Assembly (NCBI GenBank): GCA_965224085.1
Contig: CBDCYI010000002.1
Span: 1 to 10,090 of the forward strand
Direction: 5' to 3'
From: Candidatus Marinacidobacterales bacterium
GTDB lineage: Bacteria; Acidobacteriota; Vicinamibacteria; Marinacidobacterales; SMYC01
Length of the DNA: 10,090 nt
Within the stretch, counting starts at the first letter, position 1, and every line of letters starts with the position of its first letter. Below the pieces are notes generated by a model, which worked only from the letters and a program-made list of their open reading frames with translations, was not told the origin of the DNA and did not search any database. This document shows, one piece after another, positions 5,884 to 10,090 of this stretch. Made by a program: the position numbers and the translations under genes.

Positions 5884-7608
5884 ATGAACTGGAACAGAGA
5901 GACCGTGTCGAGCACCGCGCCCCAGGGTGACAAAAGAGGATCCGCGCTCGCGGCCGTCGGATTCTTCGTGGCCGTTTCCGTGTGGCTCACGTGGCCACTC
6001 GCTCCACGGTTCGGCTCAGGGCTGAGCTCGAGCCCCGATTCGCTCCTCAACGCGTGGGCACTCGCCTGGAATTTTCACATCCTGCCGCGCGATCCATTTT
6101 CTCTGTTCGACGCGAATATCTTCGCGCCTCGCCCCGACACGCTCGCCTATTCCGAGCATATGATGGGCATCACCGTGCTCGTAGGGCCGGTCTTTTGGGC
6201 AACGAACAACCTCGTCCTCACCTACAACGTCGCCTTTTTCGGCTCCTTCGTCCTATCGGGCCTCGGGATGTTCCTGCTCACTCGTGAGCTGACCAAGAAC
6301 GGCTGGGCGGCGTTGGTGGCGGGAACGATCTTCCTCGCGGCGCCCTATCGCTTTCAGCACTTAGTTCAGCTCCAATTGCTCACCTACCAATGGTTTCCGT
6401 TCGTCTTTTGGTGTCTTTATCGATTTCTGCGGGGAGGCGGACTGGGCTGGCTCGGAGGAGTCGTCATTTTCTCGCTGCTCCAGATCCTGTCGTGCAACTA
6501 CTACGCAATGTACCTGGTGATCGCGGTGCTTCTATTCGGCGTTCTGCTTTGCCTCGAAACCGCCAGGGCCTCTTCCACTCCGCAGTCAACTCGCTCGCTG
6601 CCGGATGCGCGTCTCACGAAAAGCACGGCTATGCAACTCGTTCTCGGAGCCATCTGCGTCGGCGTCGTGGCTTTGCCATTCTTTATTCCGTACGAGCGAA
6701 ACCGCGATCGTGGCTTCTATCGGCGCTACGAGGATACGGTGCATTACTCGGCGACGCCCTCCGAGTACCTGACACCGAGCGCATTCAACGACGCGCCCCA
6801 CATTCGGTGGCTTCCTCGCGGTCGGAAAGCTCTGTTTCCTGGCTTCGTCGCCGTTTTGCTCGCCGCCGCGGGTGCGGTCGCGGGCGCCCGTGAGCGCCGT
6901 CTTTTCTGGCAGTTTGGCGTTGCTCTCCTGTTGGTCGGATTCGTACTCTCGCTCGGTCCGGAAACAAGAGCTCTAGGGGTACGTATTCCACTGCCGTATC
7001 GTTTATTCCAACTCCACTTCCCCGGCTTCAACGGCATGCGCGTTCCCGCACGGATCGCGACCCTGGCGCTCGTGGGGGGCAGTATGCTTGCCGCCTTCGC
7101 CGCAAGGGCTCTACTCGACCACGCTGGTCGCTTTCGCAACGCCGCGGGCGTCGGACTCGTCGCGCTTCTGTTGTTCGAATACCAAACGAGCTCGCTGGAT
7201 CGCGTCGTACCGGAGGCGCTCCCGATACCTGCGGCTCACCGATGGCTCGCCACGGCAAAATCTCCCGGCGCGGTGCTCGTGCTTCCAATTCATGAAGGAG
7301 AGGAGATCGTTCGCGAATCGAGCTACATGTACTATTCGACGTCCCACTTCAAGCCACTGGTAAACGGCTATAGCGGCTGGTGGCCGAACGATTATTGGGA
7401 GCTCGTCGGACGGCTGCGTCACTTCCCAACCTCCCGAATCTTGCGCTTTCTCCTCGAGCGTGCGCCGGTGCGCTACGTCGTGATCCACTACTCGGAGATC
7501 CCCGAGCCGCGTCGGCGGCAGCTCGAATCGGCGATGGAGCGGTATCGCGAGCGGATCCCGGAGCGTTTTCGTGATGGCGAGGTCGTTGTGTACGAGATCG
7601 TCTCATGA
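5884..7608 (+). CDS. YfhO-like GT-C membrane protein (probable glycosyltransferase)
   Basis: TWPL, DSLLNAWALAW, LFDANIFAP..TLAYSEH, GMRVPAR and H.KPLVNGYSG motifs with many TM segments. Start moved from 5749 to ATG 5884 because 5737-5835 is better explained as an opposite-strand gene remnant; GTG 5905 is also possible. Confidence 0.82.
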   Translation: MNWNRETVSSTAPQGDKRGSALAAVGFFVAVSVWLTWPLAPRFGSGLSSSPDSLLNAWALAWNFHILPRDPFSLFDANIFAPRPDTLAYSEHMMGITVLVGPVFWATNNLVLTYNVAFFGSFVLSGLGMFLLTRELTKNGWAALVAGTIFLAAPYRFQHLVQLQLLTYQWFPFVFWCLYRFLRGGGLGWLGGVVIFSLLQILSCNYYAMYLVIAVLLFGVLLCLETARASSTPQSTRSLPDARLTKSTAMQLVLGAICVGVVALPFFIPYERNRDRGFYRRYEDTVHYSATPSEYLTPSAFNDAPHIRWLPRGRKALFPGFVAVLLAAAGAVAGARERRLFWQFGVALLLVGFVLSLGPETRALGVRIPLPYRLFQLHFPGFNGMRVPARIATLALVGGSMLAAFAARALLDHAGRFRNAAGVGLVALLLFEYQTSSLDRVVPEALPIPAAHRWLATAKSPGAVLVLPIHEGEEIVRESSYMYYSTSHFKPLVNGYSGWWPNDYWELVGRLRHFPTSRILRFLLERAPVRYVVIHYSEIPEPRRRQLESAMERYRERIPERFRDGEVVVYEIVS

Positions 7609-7864
7609 GGAGCCTCCAGCTCGTTGGGAGTTTTCTGGTGACCCGAGCCGAACTATTGACGCTCGTGCTCGCCGTACTCGCGCTGCCGGTGCGCGTCGCA
7701 GTCTCGGCCGGAATGTCCGCAGACGTGCTGCGCTTCTACTGTCTCTTTGTCGCGTTGGTCGCGGCCGTGGTGACGATCCTTCCCGTGAAGAAGGCGTGGC
7801 TGGACGGCCCGCGCCTGTGTCTCCTGCTCGTAGCGCTTTGGTCGGTGCCGTCCATCCACGACCG
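7605..7864 (+). pseudogene. 5' fragment of a membrane protein gene, probably another GT-C paralogue, truncated by the mini-element
   Basis: ATGA overlap with the upstream stop. About 87 codons with three hydrophobic segments, then the frame runs into the 84-bp repeat and stops at 7898. Confidence 0.7.
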
Positions 7865-7948
7865 CGTCCTGTGCCAAAACTCGGCCCTTTTGAAATAGAG
7901 CATAAATCAGTAGCTTAGTGTCTGTGTTTGCGGCCGTGCCAAGGGCCG
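7865..7948 (-). repeat. 84-bp repeat, copy 2
   Basis: Reverse complement of 5652-5735 with 5 mismatches. Confidence 0.95.
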
Positions 7949-7993
7949 AGCGCGAACAAACGACGAAATCATGTAGGCATGGTCCCGGCAGAC
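7865..7993 (-). mobile_element. Internally deleted IS481-like mini-element whose left TIR is cut off by the IS5
   Basis: Minus strand 7993-7948 is 40/46 identical to 4168-4213 (transposase start, MISSFVRA versus MISSLVPA) and is fused directly to the 84-bp right end. Confidence 0.8.
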
Positions 7994-9080
7994 TGCCTTG
8001 GTGCACAACTCCGATAGAGGCCGATAGCTCGCTTGGCCCCGACTCCCATCATCCGATCATCTCGCTATCAGGCATCCCGAGCGCCGTCATGGTGTTCAGA
8101 ATCTTGCACCCGATCCTTGCCTCGACTCTCTGTGCCGCCAACCCTCTCGCTTGCATCGCTGAGCCCACGATAGCCTTGTAGCGATGGAACGTTGTCTCGA
8201 CTTTGCTCCGTTTGCTGTAGCCCGATTCTGTGTGCCACTTTCGTTTGCCGAGCCGAGCTTGTGCTGCAATGTTGCGATTGCGCTGTCGGCTGCTCGCCGG
8301 CCCCGATGCGAGCTGGGCGCCCTTGCGCGGCGGTATCAGCACCCTCGGCGAGCGATGAGCGCTGTGATTCTCGATCGCCTCATAGACGCCGCTGGCGTCG
8401 TATGCGGTGTCAGCTCTGGCCGATGAGATGGGACTGTCGATCTGTCCGACAAGCGATGCAACCCGCGATGAATCGCGGGCTCTTTTGCTCGTCAGCTCGC
8501 CGGCGACGACTTCGCCAGTCTGCTCGTCGACACACAGATGGAGCTTGCGATAGTCCCTGCTCTTTGGTGCTCTGCGCAGCTGGCCGGCGTGGACAGCGAG
8601 ACCGCTGCTGTCGATCAAGATGTGCAACGGCGTCTTCTGCTTGTCTTGGTAGAAGGGGACCTTACCCAGCTTCGCCTTGCGCCTCGAAATCGTGGTGTGA
8701 TCGGGCACATCATTGTCTAGCTTCATCAGAGCGAACAACGACCGCAGCAATCCCTCGCTCTGCCTAGATGACAGATGAAACACCATGCCCAGGGTGACAG
8801 CCGTCTCGATGGCGTGGTTCGAGTACTTGCGTTGACGGCCCGGTTTCCTCCTCCTCGGCCGGGGCGCGTCCCAGTTCACAAGCTTGCCGGCGGTGAGCGA
8901 GATCCAGACGGTCAGGCTCCCACGGTTGCGTAGACCCGCCTCATAGTCACGCCAATTCCTCACGCGATAGGCCTTCTTCACATACTTCCGCTGAGTGCGT
9001 TTGAAAATGCTCATGGGGAACCTCGAATCCGTGAGTACAGGACAATTGTGGACCGAGATCGCGAGTTGTGCACCAAGGCA
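7994..9080 (-). mobile_element. IS5 family (IS903 group) insertion sequence, 1087 bp
   Basis: Perfect 18-bp TIR TGCCTTGGTGCACAACTC (7994-8011) and GAGTTGTGCACCAAGGCA (9063-9080). No target-site duplication visible. Confidence 0.93.
8049..9014 (-). CDS. IS5 family (IS903 group) DDE transposase
   Basis: 321 aa. YRVRNW..Y..GL..RGSLTVW, PDHTTISRR, IDSSG, RKLHL, ADTAYD and YSKRSKVETTFHRYK (YREK) motifs. GAGG lies upstream of the ATG. Confidence 0.95.
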   Translation of the reverse strand: MSIFKRTQRKYVKKAYRVRNWRDYEAGLRNRGSLTVWISLTAGKLVNWDAPRPRRRKPGRQRKYSNHAIETAVTLGMVFHLSSRQSEGLLRSLFALMKLDNDVPDHTTISRRKAKLGKVPFYQDKQKTPLHILIDSSGLAVHAGQLRRAPKSRDYRKLHLCVDEQTGEVVAGELTSKRARDSSRVASLVGQIDSPISSARADTAYDASGVYEAIENHSAHRSPRVLIPPRKGAQLASGPASSRQRNRNIAAQARLGKRKWHTESGYSKRSKVETTFHRYKAIVGSAMQARGLAAQRVEARIGCKILNTMTALGMPDSEMIG

Positions 9081-9520
9081 CCGTGGAGCTCGGTCTTCTC
9101 ATCCAAGCGGGAATCTATCTCGGTACGTGGCCGACGCTCGCGTTGATCGTCCTCACTGGCATCGTGGGCGCGTATCTGGCACGGCGGCAAGGGTTCTCGG
9201 TTTTGACCCGCGCTGAGGAGCAGATGGACCGTGGCGAGTTCCCCGCGGGCTCGCCCGCGGACGGCGTCATGATCCTCGTCGCGGGCGCACTGCTGATGAC
9301 ACCGGGGATCCTCACCGACGCATTCGGCTTCTCACTGCTCGTGCCCGGCTTCCGCAACCTCATCAAACACACCTTGCTGGCGCGCTTCCGTAAAGCGGTT
9401 GAAGAAAATCGAGTGCACGTGCACGTCTCCGGGATGGGATTCGACGCCGACTCGGGCCCGATGGTGGACATCCGACCCGAGAGCTTCGGGCCCGATCCGC
9501 CGAAATACAAAGTGCAGTGA
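9081..9520 (+). pseudogene. fxsA: FxsA family membrane protein, 5'-truncated by IS5
   Basis: VELGLLI..G..LG.WPTL...LTG..GA.LARRQG and DG..ILVAGALL.TPG.LTD..G..LL.P motifs. The N-terminal hydrophobic stretch before VEL is missing. The ORF-track start at 9068 lies inside the TIR. Confidence 0.85.
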
Positions 9521-9858
9521 CCGTCTTCTGGCGCTACTGGCTCCTCCAAATTCCAGGATGGCTCGTCTTGGCCGGTCTTCTCACGGCAGCGCATTATTAG
9601 CTCAGGCTGTCGCCGCTCGCTGCCGTCGTCGTCCTCGGCTTGTGGCTCGTCAAGGACGCGCTCCTCGATCCGATCCTCAAACCGCACTACATGTTTCGTG
9701 AGCTCGATGTGCATCAACGTTTGCTTGGCGAGCGCGCGGTAGCGTAGGAGGCCCTGACCCCTCGAGGCTACGTCAAGCTCCGCAGTGAGCTTTTGGTCGC
9801 CGAGCTGACCATGAAAGACACGTCGGTGCCCGCGGGCGAGCAAGTCGTCGTCGAGTCG
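9517..9858 (+). pseudogene. NfeD-like (C-terminal OB-fold) membrane protein pseudogene
   Basis: GTGA overlap with the fxsA stop. Reads VTVFWRYWLLQIPGW...LWLVKD..L.P...LLGERAVA*EALTPRGYVKLRSELLVAE...VPAGEQVVVES, with in-frame TAG at 9598 and 9745. The usual terminal G..L.V strand is not seen. Confidence 0.75.
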
Positions 9859-10090
9859 CCGGCGGTCACGGTGTGGCCGGCCTCGAGTTTCCCGGGCGCT
9901 ACCTTTCGGAGGCCGACGGTGCCGCGGTGCGGACGGAGAAGTGGCTGCTCGGCCGCTTCCTCATGTCGCCATGTATCCCGGACCCGGATTTCGACGGAGC
10001 GGACGTCGTGCCAAAGTGTGTGAGTTCCGCAACGCTCTTCACCGTCGGGTGCCGGTACGCTAGCGCGTTTAACGGGTGCTTCCGCCATGA

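Noticed and set aside
5447-5887. 146-aa plus-strand ORF and the 115/117-aa ORFs near 7571-8006 that share peptide stretches
   Set aside because: The shared peptides are simply translations of the 84-bp DNA repeat, and the ORFs cross several element junctions.
9598-9747. Amber recoding as the explanation for two in-frame TAG codons
   Set aside because: TAG terminates the gene at 199-201, the intact genes show no internal TAG, and other degenerative changes accompany the stops.
9115-10088. 242-aa and 106-aa minus-strand ORFs
   Set aside because: Mostly antisense to fxsA and the nfeD remnant, with no recognisable motifs.

Overview
High-GC bacterial accessory region. It holds a cluster of GT-C-fold membrane glycosyltransferase-like genes: three apparently intact and one truncated. 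The cluster has been heavily reworked by nested insertion sequences. These are a decaying IS481-like DDE element (4119-5370), a left-end remnant of an IS5 element (5371-5459), two internally deleted mini-elements of the IS481-like family, and an intact IS5 (IS903-group) element (7994-9080). The mini-elements (5507-5735 and 7865-7993) share an 84-bp end and bracket a 2.1-kb cargo in inverted orientation. The intact IS5 truncates an fxsA gene, which is followed by an nfeD-like pseudogene. The left edge has the tail of a low-GC gene, a solitary 29-nt type I-E CRISPR-repeat-like sequence and a 22-bp GTAG REP-like palindrome. All family calls come from motif recognition by eye; no database search was run.
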